A stretch of DNA of 64,000 nucleotides from a phage: the sequence record OZ335959.1, one strand, 5' to 3'. Position numbers and translations under genes: made by a program. The notes beneath the pieces are model-generated. The model was not told where the DNA came from. It saw only the letters and a list, made by a program, of their open reading frames with translations, and did no database searches. Shown here piece by piece: positions 13,451 through 23,627 of the stretch (its first letter is position 1; each line of letters starts with the position of its first letter).

Positions 13451-13476
13451 AAAATGAAGAAAGGGGCCGAAGCCCC
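13451..13476 (-). terminator. Terminator after hoc
   Basis: GGGGC-UUCG-GCCCC followed by a U-rich tract on the minus strand. Confidence 0.55.
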
Positions 13477-13482
13477 TTATGA

Positions 13483-14901
13483 TTATGGATAGGTATAGAT
13501 GATACCAGTTTCTAAAGCAGTTTTATGAATGATGTATCCATTACGTGATTCTTGAACATCAACTTCTGGATAGTCTTTCATCATCTTCTGAAGAGTGTAA
13601 CGATGCAGGTAGTATTTACTATCTGGATCTTCAGTTTTCCAATCTTTACCTTCTTCGGTCATTTTTTGGATTTCATCCATAACCCACCAACCGCACCAGA
13701 TATAAGCTGAAGTACGATGTGGAAGAGGATGAACATAAGGCAATTCACCTTCTGGTTCCGGAGCAACTTTATCAGTTACCTGAACTTGGCCTGTTGCTTT
13801 AACTGTTTTACTATCATAGTCGGTTGCTGTAACAGTTGCAGTAACTTCAATAGTTTGACTTCCAATAGATGATGTATCAACGGTGTATACATTAGTTGAC
13901 CCTTCTACAGGAGAAGAATCTTTCTTCCATGAGTATTCGATTTGTGCTTCTTCTGGAGCATCCGTAACATTAGCCGTAAATGTAGCCGAAGCATCTTGCT
14001 GAACGTTAATAGAAGGAGGAGTCAATGTAACCTGTGGATTCATTGTTTTCTTATTAACTGTCAATGATACTTCATTAGAAGTAACTTCCTTTTCATTATA
14101 ATTTTCAGCAGTTACTTGAGCCACACACTTAACTGTTTTAGCTCCAACTGTGGTAGGAGTATAGTTAAATGTAGTAGTAGTTTCTCCATCGACCAGAGAA
14201 TCGTCAACATACCACTGATACGTGGCAGACGCTCCTGGTGGCTGTGAAGCCAAGGCAGCAGTAAATTGAATTGGGGTTCCAATTACTCCGGCAGCAGGAT
14301 TAGCAGGAGTTACGGCTAACGTAGTTGTTTGTGTCTTTTTATTAACAGTCAGTGATACTTCATTCGAAGTAACGCTTAGTGCATCATAATCTGTCGCAGT
14401 TACTTGAGCCACGCACTTAATTCTTTTTACGCCGCTTTCGGCAGGAGTGTAATTGAATGTAGCAGAAGTTGCTTCGCCCACAGGAGAATCATCTACATAC
14501 CATTGATAAGTAGCGTTTGCGCCCGATGGCTGCGAAGCTAAAGCGGCTGTAAATTGAACAGCTGTTCCAATTACTCCAGCGTCAGGGCTATTAGGAGTTA
14601 CAGCTACGGTGGTCGTTTGTGTCTTATTTTGAACTGTGATAGTTGTAGTAGCTTCTGCTGTTTCAGCTTCAGCTTCTGGAACTGTATTTGTTGCAACTAC
14701 TTTAATAGTCTTTTGACCGGCAGGCCCCTTTAATACATAATTAAAAGTTGCTTCAGCTCCATCTTGTGGAACATTATCTACGCTCCAAGCATAGGTAATA
14801 GTTCCACCTTCAGTTTGACCACTGGGTGCAGCAGTAAACTGCTTGGTTTCATCAATAACCCCTGTCGGTGTTTTAGGAGTTATATCAACTGTAAAAGTCA
14901 T
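13483..14901 (-). CDS. hoc: Highly immunogenic outer capsid protein Hoc with an extra tandem Ig-like domain, 472 aa
   Basis: Position between 24.3 and inh; internal 96-aa tandem protein repeat; T4 Hoc recalled as 376 aa. Confidence 0.85.
   Translation of the reverse strand: MTFTVDITPKTPTGVIDETKQFTAAPSGQTEGGTITYAWSVDNVPQDGAEATFNYVLKGPAGQKTIKVVATNTVPEAEAETAEATTTITVQNKTQTTTVAVTPNSPDAGVIGTAVQFTAALASQPSGANATYQWYVDDSPVGEATSATFNYTPAESGVKRIKCVAQVTATDYDALSVTSNEVSLTVNKKTQTTTLAVTPANPAAGVIGTPIQFTAALASQPPGASATYQWYVDDSLVDGETTTTFNYTPTTVGAKTVKCVAQVTAENYNEKEVTSNEVSLTVNKKTMNPQVTLTPPSINVQQDASATFTANVTDAPEEAQIEYSWKKDSSPVEGSTNVYTVDTSSIGSQTIEVTATVTATDYDSKTVKATGQVQVTDKVAPEPEGELPYVHPLPHRTSAYIWCGWWVMDEIQKMTEEGKDWKTEDPDSKYYLHRYTLQKMMKDYPEVDVQESRNGYIIHKTALETGIIYTYP
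14050..14625 (-). repeat. Diverged in-frame tandem duplication inside hoc, 2 x 288 bp (one Ig-like domain each)
   Basis: Protein residues about 93-188 and 189-284 are near-identical (KKTQTTT[VL]AVTP...SNEVSLTVN); DNA offset 288 bp. Confidence 0.8.
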
Positions 14902-14910
14902 AAGTTATCC

Positions 14911-15591
14911 TTATTTTAATGTTACGAAAGAAGAATTACGTGTTTCACGAATTAGAACTGATCCGTCGCGATTAATGTAATAAATTAAGCTAAATAAAGT
15001 TTGGTGCGCAGACGCATGTTCAAAACTAGTTGGGTGAGATTTCCAATCTGGAGTTTCAGCAATCCATTGGTAAATCCACCAAGGAACAGTGCAGAATCCT
15101 GGATTTTTTCCAATCAGCTGAAGATTTGGGCTAAAGTTTTCCGGAAGAGTAAATACGGACGGCTTTTCAGATTCAATAATCTCAGCTACAGCCTGCTCGA
15201 ATTTTTCTTCAACAAAAGGAGTATCTTCAATCAAAACATCGGTATTTTCAGGAATTTTATCCGTTTCTACTACTTCAATTTTAATGTCAGATTTAACCGG
15301 AGAATCAATCAGAAGTGCTGCCTCTGGATTGACTTCTTCATCGTCATATTTTAATCCGTCTGCAGCATCAGCAGCATCAATTAAGTCTTTAATAGATAAC
15401 CCATCAGTCTCTGGCATAGGTTCACTAGCGAGCTTCTGGAGAGCTTCTTCAATATCAACAACGATATTATCAAAAGATTTATTCTTTTTGACCTTTATAC
15501 CAAACTGTTCAGCATATTCAGCTAATTTAGCTTTAGCTTCTTTATTATCATCAAGAGCCTTCAGCTCTGCAATATAATCTTTATCTATCAT
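14911..15591 (-). CDS. inh: Probable inhibitor of prohead protease, 226 aa
   Basis: Synteny downstream of hoc; acidic N-terminal half; length as recalled for T4 Inh. Confidence 0.6.
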   Translation of the reverse strand: MIDKDYIAELKALDDNKEAKAKLAEYAEQFGIKVKKNKSFDNIVVDIEEALQKLASEPMPETDGLSIKDLIDAADAADGLKYDDEEVNPEAALLIDSPVKSDIKIEVVETDKIPENTDVLIEDTPFVEEKFEQAVAEIIESEKPSVFTLPENFSPNLQLIGKNPGFCTVPWWIYQWIAETPDWKSHPTSFEHASAHQTLFSLIYYINRDGSVLIRETRNSSFVTLK

Positions 15592-15604
15592 AATATTTCC
15601 TCAG

Positions 15605-15612
15605 TATAAATA
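15605..15612 (+). promoter_or_regulatory. T4-type late promoter upstream of uvsW
   Basis: Exact TATAAATA 30 nt before the ATG. Confidence 0.5.
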
Positions 15613-15641
15613 TAGATATATTTATTACATGGTATTTAGAC

Positions 15642-17153
15642 ATGACTGACATTAAAGTACATTTTTATGATTTTAGTCACGTGAGAATTGATTGTGAAGA
15701 AAGTACATTTCATGAACTCCGTGATTTCTTTAGCTTTGAAGCCGATGGGTATCGTTTTAATCCAAAGTACAAATATGGTCACTGGGATGGACGAATCCGT
15801 CTTTTAGATTATAATCGTCTTCTTCCATTCGGCTTAGTCGGGCAAATTAAAAAGTTCTGCGATAACTTTGGCTATAAAGCCTGGATTGACCCACAGATTA
15901 ACGAAAAAGAAGAATTATCAAGAAAAGATTTTGATGAATGGCTTTCTAAATTAGAAATCTATTCAGGAAATAAAAGAATTGAACCACACTGGTATCAAAA
16001 AGATGCAGTGTTCGAAGGATTAGTTAATCGTCGTAGAATTCTTAATCTTCCAACATCCGCAGGTAAATCTTTAATTCAAGCTTTGCTTGCTCGGTATTAT
16101 TTGGAAAATTATGAAGGTAAAATTCTTATCATTGTTCCAACAACTGCTTTGACAACTCAGATGGCTGATGACTTTGTTGACTATCGTTTATTCAGTCATG
16201 CAATGATAAAGAAAATCGGCGGTGGAGCATCAAAAGATGATAAATATAAAAATGATGCACCGGTCGTTGTTGGTACATGGCAAACTGTAGTAAAACAACC
16301 AAAAGAATGGTTCTCACAGTTTGGAATGATGATGAATGATGAATGCCATCTTGCTACAGGAAAAAGTATTTCATCTATCATATCAGGTTTAAATAACTGC
16401 ATGTTCAAATTTGGTTTGTCTGGTTCATTACGTGATGGCAAAGCTAATATCATGCAGTATGTTGGAATGTTTGGCGAAATATTTAAGCCAGTAACGACTT
16501 CTAAATTAATGGAAGATGGACAAGTAACTGAGTTAAAAATTAATAGTATTTTTCTTCGCTATCCCGATGAGTTCACTACTAAATTAAAGGGAAAAACTTA
16601 CCAAGAAGAAATAAAAATTATCACTGGACTCAGTAAAAGAAATAAATGGATCGCTAAATTAGCTATTAAGCTTGCGCAAAAAGATGAAAACGCTTTTGTC
16701 ATGTTTAAACACGTATCGCACGGTAAAGCTATTTTCGATTTAATTAAAAATGAATACGATAAAGTTTATTACGTATCAGGGGAAGTTGATACCGAAACCC
16801 GCAATATAATGAAAACCTTAGCTGAAAACGGTAAAGGAATAATTATAGTAGCTAGTTATGGTGTATTTTCTACCGGTATTTCAGTTAAAAATCTGCATCA
16901 CGTTGTTTTAGCACACGGTGTTAAATCTAAAATTATTGTATTGCAAACAATAGGTCGCGTATTACGTAAGCATGGTTCCAAAACAATCGCAACAGTCTGG
17001 GACCTCATCGATGATTGTGGTGTTAAGCCAAAATCTGCTAATACGAAAAAGAAATATGTTCATTTGAACTATCTTTTAAAACACGGCATTGATCGTATTC
17101 AGCGCTACGCAGATGAAAAATTTAATTACGTAATGAAAACAGTTAATTTATAA
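15642..17153 (+). CDS. uvsW: UvsW RNA-DNA and DNA helicase, 503 aa
   Basis: Sequence matches recalled T4 UvsW; helicase motifs LPTSAGKS and DECH. Confidence 0.93.
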   Translation: MTDIKVHFYDFSHVRIDCEESTFHELRDFFSFEADGYRFNPKYKYGHWDGRIRLLDYNRLLPFGLVGQIKKFCDNFGYKAWIDPQINEKEELSRKDFDEWLSKLEIYSGNKRIEPHWYQKDAVFEGLVNRRRILNLPTSAGKSLIQALLARYYLENYEGKILIIVPTTALTTQMADDFVDYRLFSHAMIKKIGGGASKDDKYKNDAPVVVGTWQTVVKQPKEWFSQFGMMMNDECHLATGKSISSIISGLNNCMFKFGLSGSLRDGKANIMQYVGMFGEIFKPVTTSKLMEDGQVTELKINSIFLRYPDEFTTKLKGKTYQEEIKIITGLSKRNKWIAKLAIKLAQKDENAFVMFKHVSHGKAIFDLIKNEYDKVYYVSGEVDTETRNIMKTLAENGKGIIIVASYGVFSTGISVKNLHHVVLAHGVKSKIIVLQTIGRVLRKHGSKTIATVWDLIDDCGVKPKSANTKKKYVHLNYLLKHGIDRIQRYADEKFNYVMKTVNL

Positions 17154-17165
17154 GGGCTTCGGCCC
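17154..17165 (+). terminator. Hairpin GGGC-UUCG-GCCC after uvsW
   Basis: Short GC stem, UUCG loop. Confidence 0.4.
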
Positions 17166-17178
17166 TTTGGAGAAAAAG

Positions 17179-17409
17179 ATGTTACTAGAATTTAAACAAT
17201 TTCTTTATGAAGCTTCTATTGATGAATTTATGGGTAAAATTGCCTCTTGTCAAACAATAGAAGGTCTAGAAGAACTTGAAGCTTATTATAAGAAAAGAGT
17301 TAAAGAAACTGAATTAAAAGATACTGATGACATCTCAGTCAGAGATGCTTTGGCAGGAAAAAGAGCTGAATTAGAAGATTCAGACGATGAAGTAGAAGAA
17401 AGCTTTTAA
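17179..17409 (+). CDS. uvsW.1: UvsW.1 small acidic protein, 76 aa
   Basis: ATG after AGAAAAAG; length as T4; the ORF-track start at 17167 is TTG. Confidence 0.75.
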   Translation: MLLEFKQFLYEASIDEFMGKIASCQTIEGLEELEAYYKKRVKETELKDTDDISVRDALAGKRAELEDSDDEVEESF

Positions 17410-17466
17410 ATTAAAAAAGGCCCAACCAAAAAAAGGAAGGGCCAAAACTATAGACTAAAGGTCACA

Positions 17467-17634
17467 CTATAGCAAAAGTTGTGTTTCATTTAATTGTTCT
17501 TCCGAACTTTCTGAAACTGGTAGTTCTTTAATGTAATTATAACAAGGCCCAGGATGTACAGGACCTTTGTCTGTTTCAACAACCAATGCAGAATCGATTG
17601 GAGTTTTACAGACAACGCAAATCTTATCTGACAT
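17467..17634 (-). CDS. Small Cys-containing protein (T4 uvsY.-2 position), 55 aa; below the ORF-track size cutoff
   Basis: Manual translation MSDKICVVCKTPIDS...GPCYNY; fills the gap downstream of uvsY.-1. Confidence 0.5.
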   Translation of the reverse strand: MSDKICVVCKTPIDSALVVETDKGPVHPGPCYNYIKELPVSESSEEQLNETQLLL

Positions 17635-17662
17635 GATTGTCTCCTCTAAATTATATATCTAT

Positions 17663-17887
17663 TTATATAACTCTCATATGCATATCAATGCCCATATCTT
17701 TAGAATAAAAATATTCATCAAGATATCCGGCAAATTTTCCTTTAACATAAAGTACATCTTCACCACATGGATGATCGGCCAGGATACGAATATCCTGACG
17801 CTTGAGATTATACTTTTTCATTAAGAATTGAATTTCCGTTTCGAATTCTTCTTCATAATTAAAAGCATCATCAATGCTATATTTCAT
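17663..17887 (-). CDS. Hypothetical protein (T4 uvsY.-1 position), 74 aa
   Basis: ATG start overlapping uvsY stop; synteny. Confidence 0.6.
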   Translation of the reverse strand: MKYSIDDAFNYEEEFETEIQFLMKKYNLKRQDIRILADHPCGEDVLYVKGKFAGYLDEYFYSKDMGIDMHMRVI

Positions 17888-18300
17888 TATTTTCCAGCCT
17901 CAAATGCTCGCATGTCTTGAATATGCTTAATAGCAAATCCGCGTGATTTAATAGCATCAAGAGCTCCGCTACAGAAATCCAACAAAATTCCCCAATATTG
18001 TAATGAAGTATCAACTTTTAAAACATCCTTATCAGCTGATAGAACTGTCTTCATTTCTGATTTCTCATAACGGTCCATACTAAATTCATCACCATCTCCT
18101 CGTCCCGAGTAGTAGTCTAATTTAGCTTTAAGGGCAACTTTTTTCTGTGCTTCAATTCTAAGCATTTCCTTTTTAATACTTGAATGCTTATTGAGCCATT
18201 TACTATATAACATCACATTATTAGCTGCTTCATACTGTAATTTAGTCGAATCTATAAACACATCTTTCTTCAATTCTTCTTGAAGATCTTCTAATCTCAT
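17887..18300 (-). CDS. uvsY: UvsY recombination mediator, 137 aa
   Basis: Sequence and length match T4 UvsY. Confidence 0.9.
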   Translation of the reverse strand: MRLEDLQEELKKDVFIDSTKLQYEAANNVMLYSKWLNKHSSIKKEMLRIEAQKKVALKAKLDYYSGRGDGDEFSMDRYEKSEMKTVLSADKDVLKVDTSLQYWGILLDFCSGALDAIKSRGFAIKHIQDMRAFEAGK

Positions 18301-18366
18301 ATTGTTCTCTATTCAATTGTTATTGGATGGACTTAGATTCATTATACCACGTTTATACGTGAAGCA

Positions 18367-18765
18367 TTATACTCTGTTACTAGAAGCCAGTTGCAGTTTT
18401 ATCTGCTCAATATCATCAGGGTTATCGATGACTGAAAAGCGTATTTCTACTATTAGAGTATAATCATCATAAACCGGTATTACATTAACTGCTAATTTAT
18501 CAATACGTGGCTCGTAGTTTCTTACTGCGCTTTCAATGTTACGCTCAACAGTATCAGCAGTAAGAGGAGTCATATTCTCAAAAAGCTGATCAGATAAATC
18601 GCATCCAAATTCTGGGTCAAATGGCCTTGACCCTTTCCTGGTTGTAATAATTCCTAAAAGGCTATTTTTAATTGACCTTAATCCAAGAGATCTTGAAACA
18701 TCTTTGTCCCAATCCATTTTCATTTCTGGGTCAATGTCAGAATAAAGCTTATTAATATTTGCCAT
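18367..18765 (-). CDS. 25: Baseplate wedge subunit, 132 aa
   Basis: Sequence and length match T4 gp25. Confidence 0.9.
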   Translation of the reverse strand: MANINKLYSDIDPEMKMDWDKDVSRSLGLRSIKNSLLGIITTRKGSRPFDPEFGCDLSDQLFENMTPLTADTVERNIESAVRNYEPRIDKLAVNVIPVYDDYTLIVEIRFSVIDNPDDIEQIKLQLASSNRV

Positions 18766-19397
18766 TACAATAGCTCAAAGAATTCTTTGAGCCCTCTTAT
18801 TACATGAGCGTGAGTTTTTCCACACTCTGGACACTTAATTGGAACAGCCAAATAAACAGTAGGCTTTAAAAGCATATCTTTTATAGCTACAATATCTGAC
18901 TCTGTGATGATAGAATATAAATCTTCCAGTTCTTTTTCATTTAAGTCTTCAACTGGAATGCTTTCACCGTTAGCATGAATCGTTTCTATACATGATACTA
19001 TCATGTGGGCTATATTTTTATCATCAAAAATTTTAGGGTAATGGAACTTAATTTTAATGTCACCCAGTGTATACCAGAGGTCTTCTGGTGCATCTATTTG
19101 TGTATGTAATAGGTTTATATGGGTTGGTATTTCAGTTCCACAGGTGCACTTCCAGGAGTTTTCGTGATTAACTTCTCCAAGAGAATGCGCCCATAAATGA
19201 ATCAGCAGTAGTTCTGATTCTTGGCGGTTTAAATCTTTTGCTTTTGCATTTGTACAGTCTTTAATTAGCTTTTTAACGATCTCTTCTACTGAACCGTTCT
19301 TTTTAGCAGTAATAAGTTCTAGATATTCTTTAAGAGTAAATGCGCGACAGTTGATTATTTTAGAACCAACTTTCACATCAAATTTGTATTCATACAT
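18765..19397 (-). CDS. 26: Baseplate hub subunit, 210 aa
   Basis: Synteny and size; divergent from gene 51. Confidence 0.85.
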   Translation of the reverse strand: MYEYKFDVKVGSKIINCRAFTLKEYLELITAKKNGSVEEIVKKLIKDCTNAKAKDLNRQESELLLIHLWAHSLGEVNHENSWKCTCGTEIPTHINLLHTQIDAPEDLWYTLGDIKIKFHYPKIFDDKNIAHMIVSCIETIHANGESIPVEDLNEKELEDLYSIITESDIVAIKDMLLKPTVYLAVPIKCPECGKTHAHVIRGLKEFFELL

Positions 19398-19418
19398 ATT
19401 TAGCTCCTTTATTTATCA

Positions 19419-19430
19419 TATTTATAAATA
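19419..19430. promoter_or_regulatory. Overlapping divergent late promoters for gene 26 (-) and gene 51 (+)
   Basis: tatttataaata contains TATAAATA on both strands. Confidence 0.55.
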
Positions 19431-19447
19431 GAATAAAAGGAGCATCT

Positions 19448-20194
19448 ATGGCAAACATTATTCGTTGTAAATTACCAGATGGTGTTCATCGTTTTAAACC
19501 ATTTACGGTAGAAGATTATCGAGATTTTTTGTTAGTTCGAAACGATATAGAACATCGGTCACCGCAAGAACAAAAAGAAATAATTGCTGATTTAATTGCT
19601 GATTATTTTGGAGACTATCCGAAGACTTGGCAACCATTTATATTTTTGCAGGTATTTGTAGGGTCAATAGGTAAAACTAAAGTACCGGTCACATTTGTAT
19701 GTCCAAAATGTAAAAAAGAAAAAACAGTTCCATTTGAAATATATCAAAAAGAATTAAGGGAACCTGTTTTTGATGTAGCTAATGTTAAAATTAAATTAAA
19801 GTTTCCTTCTGAGTTTTATGAAAATAAAGCAAAGATGATTACTGAAAATATTCATTCTGTTCAAGTAGATGAAATGTGGTATGATTGGAAGGAAATTAGC
19901 GAATCGAGTCAAATAGAACTTGTTGATGCCATCGAGATAGAAACATTAGAAAAAATTCTCGATGCAATGAATCCTATTAATTTAACATTGCATATGTCGT
20001 GTTGTAATAAGTATGTAAAAAAATACACTGATATAGTAGATGTGTTTAAGCTATTAGTTAACCCAGATGAAATATTTACTTTTTATCAAATCAATCACAC
20101 ACTCGTAAAAAGTAATTATAGCTTAAATTCAATAATGAAAATGATTCCTGCCGAGCGCGGATTCGTGTTAAAACTGATTGAGAAGGATAAATAA
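19448..20194 (+). CDS. 51: Baseplate hub assembly catalyst, 248 aa
   Basis: Synteny and size. Confidence 0.85.
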   Translation: MANIIRCKLPDGVHRFKPFTVEDYRDFLLVRNDIEHRSPQEQKEIIADLIADYFGDYPKTWQPFIFLQVFVGSIGKTKVPVTFVCPKCKKEKTVPFEIYQKELREPVFDVANVKIKLKFPSEFYENKAKMITENIHSVQVDEMWYDWKEISESSQIELVDAIEIETLEKILDAMNPINLTLHMSCCNKYVKKYTDIVDVFKLLVNPDEIFTFYQINHTLVKSNYSLNSIMKMIPAERGFVLKLIEKDK

Positions 20195-20196
20195 TA

Positions 20197-21372
20197 ATGA
20201 GTATGTTGCAACGCCCAGGATATCCAAATCTCAGCGTTAAATTATTTGATAGCTACGACGCTTGGAGTAATAATAGATTTGTTGAATTAGCTGCTACTAT
20301 TACCACATTAACTATGCGGGATTCTCTTTATGGCCGAAATGAAGGAATGTTGCAGTTTTATGATTCTAAAAATATCCATACAAAAATGGATGGGAATGAA
20401 ATAATTCAGATTTCTGTAGCTAATGCAAACGATATTAATAATGTTAAAACACGAATTTATGGATGCAAGCATTTTTCCGTGTCAGTAGATTCAAAGGGCG
20501 ATAACATCATTGCTATTGAATTGGGAACTATTCATTCCATAGAAAATCTTAAATTTGGCAGACCGTTTTTCTCTGATGTAGGTGAATCTATAAAGGAAAT
20601 GCTTGGTGTCATTTATCAGGATCGCACATTATTAACTCCAGCAATAAATGCTATAAATGCTTATGTTCCTGATATTCCATGGACTAGCACATTTGAAAAC
20701 TATTTGTCGTATGTCAGAGAAGTTGCTCTAGCTGTAGGAAGTGACAAATTTGTATTTGTGTGGCAAGACATCATGGGAGTTAACATGATGGACTATGATA
20801 TGATGATAAATCAAGAACCGTATCCAATGATTGTCGGTGAGCCATCTTTAATAGGTCAATTCATCCAAGAATTAAAATATCCATTAGCATATGATTTCGT
20901 TTGGTTGACTAAATCGAATCCTCACAAACGCGACCCAATGAAAAACGCTACTATCTATGCGCATTCATTTTTAGATTCTTCATTGCCAATGATTACTACA
21001 GGAAAGGGCGAAAACTCTATTGTAGTGTCAAGGTCAGGTGCTTATTCTGAAATGACTTATAGGAATGGATATGAAGAAGCTATTCGTCTTCAAACTATGG
21101 CACAATACGATGGCTATGCTAAATGTTCTACTGTCGGTAATTTTAACTTGACTCCTGGCGTTAAAATTATTTTTAATGATAGTAAAAACCAATTTAAAAC
21201 AGAATTTTACGTTGATGAAGTTATCCATGAATTATCCAATAATAATTCAGTAACTCATCTATATATGTTCACTAATGCAACGAAACTGGAAACAATAGAC
21301 CCAGTTAAGGTTAAAAATGAATTTAAATCTGATACTACCACTGAAGAAAGTAGTTCTTCCAATAAGCAATAA
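20197..21372 (+). CDS. 27: Baseplate hub subunit, 391 aa
   Basis: Synteny and size match T4 gp27. Confidence 0.9.
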   Translation: MSMLQRPGYPNLSVKLFDSYDAWSNNRFVELAATITTLTMRDSLYGRNEGMLQFYDSKNIHTKMDGNEIIQISVANANDINNVKTRIYGCKHFSVSVDSKGDNIIAIELGTIHSIENLKFGRPFFSDVGESIKEMLGVIYQDRTLLTPAINAINAYVPDIPWTSTFENYLSYVREVALAVGSDKFVFVWQDIMGVNMMDYDMMINQEPYPMIVGEPSLIGQFIQELKYPLAYDFVWLTKSNPHKRDPMKNATIYAHSFLDSSLPMITTGKGENSIVVSRSGAYSEMTYRNGYEEAIRLQTMAQYDGYAKCSTVGNFNLTPGVKIIFNDSKNQFKTEFYVDEVIHELSNNNSVTHLYMFTNATKLETIDPVKVKNEFKSDTTTEESSSSNKQ

Positions 21373-21850
21373 AGAAGTTTCTATTCCTAAAATGGGTCTT
21401 AAACATTATAACATTTTAAAAGATGTTAAAGGTCCTGATGAAAATTTAAAACTTCTTATTGATTCTATTTGTCCAAATTTATCACCAGCAGAAGTTGATT
21501 TCGTTTCCATTCATTTATTGGAATTTAATGGAAAGATTAAATCTAGTAAAGAAATAGATGGTTATACTTATGACATTAATGATGTTTATGTGTGCCAAAG
21601 ATTAGAATTTCAATACCAAGGAAATACATTTTATTTTAGACCTCCTGGAAAATTTGAACAATTTTTAACGGTGAGCGATATGTTATCCAAATGCTTGCTT
21701 AAGGTCAATGATGAAGTTAAAGAAATTAATTTTCTTGAGATGCCAGCATTCGTTTTAAAATGGGCAAATGATATTTTTACAACTTTAGCAATTCCTGGCC
21801 CTAATGGTCCAATAACTGGAATTGGTAATATTATTGGATTATTTGAATGA
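21317..21850 (+). CDS. 28: Baseplate hub distal subunit, 177 aa
   Basis: Synteny and size; overlaps the 3' end of gene 27. Confidence 0.85.
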   Translation: MNLNLILPLKKVVLPISNKEVSIPKMGLKHYNILKDVKGPDENLKLLIDSICPNLSPAEVDFVSIHLLEFNGKIKSSKEIDGYTYDINDVYVCQRLEFQYQGNTFYFRPPGKFEQFLTVSDMLSKCLLKVNDEVKEINFLEMPAFVLKWANDIFTTLAIPGPNGPITGIGNIIGLFE

Positions 21851-23619
21851 AAAAGCCACAAGAAATGCAAACGATGCGTAGAAAAGTTATTTCAGATAAT
21901 AAACCAACACAGGAAGCGGCTAAATCCGCTTCCAACACTTTATCTGGACTTAACGATATATCTACGAAATTGGATGATGCTCAAGCTGCTTCTGAATTAA
22001 TTGCTCAAACTGTCGAAGAAAAATCGAATGAAATAATTGGAGCAATTGACAACGTAGAAAACGCAGTGAGCGATACTACTGCTGGTTCTGAGTTAATTGC
22101 TGAAACTGTCGAAATTGGCAACAATATTAATAAAGAAATTGGTGAATCGCTCGGGAGCAAATTAGATAAATTAACAAGTTTACTAGAGCAAAAAATTCAG
22201 ACAGCCGGAATTCAACAAACAGGAACTAGTTTAGCCACGGTTGAAAGCGCTATTCCTGTTAAAGTTGTTGAGGACGATACAGCTGAATCCGTTGGTCCTT
22301 TATTATCGGCTCCTGAAGCAGTTAATAATGATCCTGATGCTGATTTTTTCCCTACTCCTCAGCCAGTTGAACCTAAACAAGAATCGCCAGAAGAAAAACA
22401 GAAAAAAGACGCATTTAACTTAAAATTATCTCAAGCTTTAGATAAATTAACAAAGACTGTTGATTTTGGATTTAAGAAATCTATTTCAATTACTGATAAA
22501 ATATCGAGCATGTTATTTAAGTATACTGTCAGTGCTGCTATTGAAGCTGCTAAAATGACTGCAATGATATTGGCTGTTGTTGTTGGAATAGATCTGCTGA
22601 TGGTTCATTTCAAATATTGGTCAGATAAATTTTCGCAGGCTTGGGATTTGTTTAGTACAGACTTTACTAAATTCTCTAGTGAAACGGGAACATGGGGTCC
22701 TTTATTACAGAGCATCTTTAGTTCTATTGATGAAATTAAAAAATTCTGGGAAGAGGGAGATTGGGGCGGTTTGACGGTAGCTATTGTAGAAGGGCTTGGA
22801 AAGGTTCTTTATAATTTAGGAGAACTTATTCAGCTTGGAATGGCTAAATTATCTGCGGCAATTCTTCGAGTTATTCCTGGCATGAAAGACACTGCTGACG
22901 AAGTAGAAGGAAGAGCGCTGGAAAATTTCCAAAATTCTACTGGAGCATCTCTCAATAAAGAAGACCAAGAAAAAGTAGCAAATTATCAAGATAAACGAAT
23001 GAATGACGATCTTGGTCCAATAGCAAAAGGATTAGATAAAATTGCTAATTGGAAAACCCGTGCATCTAACTGGATTCGTGGTGTTGATAATAAAGAAGCA
23101 TTGACAACCGATGAAGAACGCGCAGCAGAAGAAGAAAAATTAAAGCAACTTTCACCTGAAGAAAGAAAAAATGCTTTAATGAAAGCTAATGAAGCTCGTG
23201 CCGCGATGATTCGTTTTGAAAAATACGCCGATTCGGCTGATATGAGTAAAGACTCAACGGTTAAATCAGTTGAAGCTGCCTATGAAGACCTTAAAAAACG
23301 AATGGATGACCCGGATTTAAATAATTCACCGGCAGTTAAAAAAGAACTTGCTGCTAGATTTTCTAAAATTGATGCTACTTATCAAGAGCTCAAGAAAAAT
23401 CAGCCTAATGCCAAACCTGAAACTTCTGCTAAATCGCCAGAAGCAAAACAAGTCCAGGTAATAGAAAAGAACAAAGCACAGCAAGCTCCTGTTCAACAAG
23501 CATCTCCTTCGATCAATAATACTAATAATGTTATTAAGAAAAATACTGTCGTTCATAATATGACACCCGTAACGAGCACGACTGCTCCTGGTGTATTTGA
23601 TGCGACTGGAGTTAATTAA
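21847..23619 (+). CDS. 29: Baseplate hub / tail length determinator, 590 aa
   Basis: Synteny and size match T4 gp29. Confidence 0.9.
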   Translation: MKKPQEMQTMRRKVISDNKPTQEAAKSASNTLSGLNDISTKLDDAQAASELIAQTVEEKSNEIIGAIDNVENAVSDTTAGSELIAETVEIGNNINKEIGESLGSKLDKLTSLLEQKIQTAGIQQTGTSLATVESAIPVKVVEDDTAESVGPLLSAPEAVNNDPDADFFPTPQPVEPKQESPEEKQKKDAFNLKLSQALDKLTKTVDFGFKKSISITDKISSMLFKYTVSAAIEAAKMTAMILAVVVGIDLLMVHFKYWSDKFSQAWDLFSTDFTKFSSETGTWGPLLQSIFSSIDEIKKFWEEGDWGGLTVAIVEGLGKVLYNLGELIQLGMAKLSAAILRVIPGMKDTADEVEGRALENFQNSTGASLNKEDQEKVANYQDKRMNDDLGPIAKGLDKIANWKTRASNWIRGVDNKEALTTDEERAAEEEKLKQLSPEERKNALMKANEARAAMIRFEKYADSADMSKDSTVKSVEAAYEDLKKRMDDPDLNNSPAVKKELAARFSKIDATYQELKKNQPNAKPETSAKSPEAKQVQVIEKNKAQQAPVQQASPSINNTNNVIKKNTVVHNMTPVTSTTAPGVFDATGVN

Positions 23620-23627
23620 GGAATAAT

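Noticed and set aside
15001-15577. Two plus-strand ORFs (117 and 97 aa) antisense to inh
   Set aside because: They overlap the syntenic inh gene, have no ribosome-binding site, and are low-complexity.
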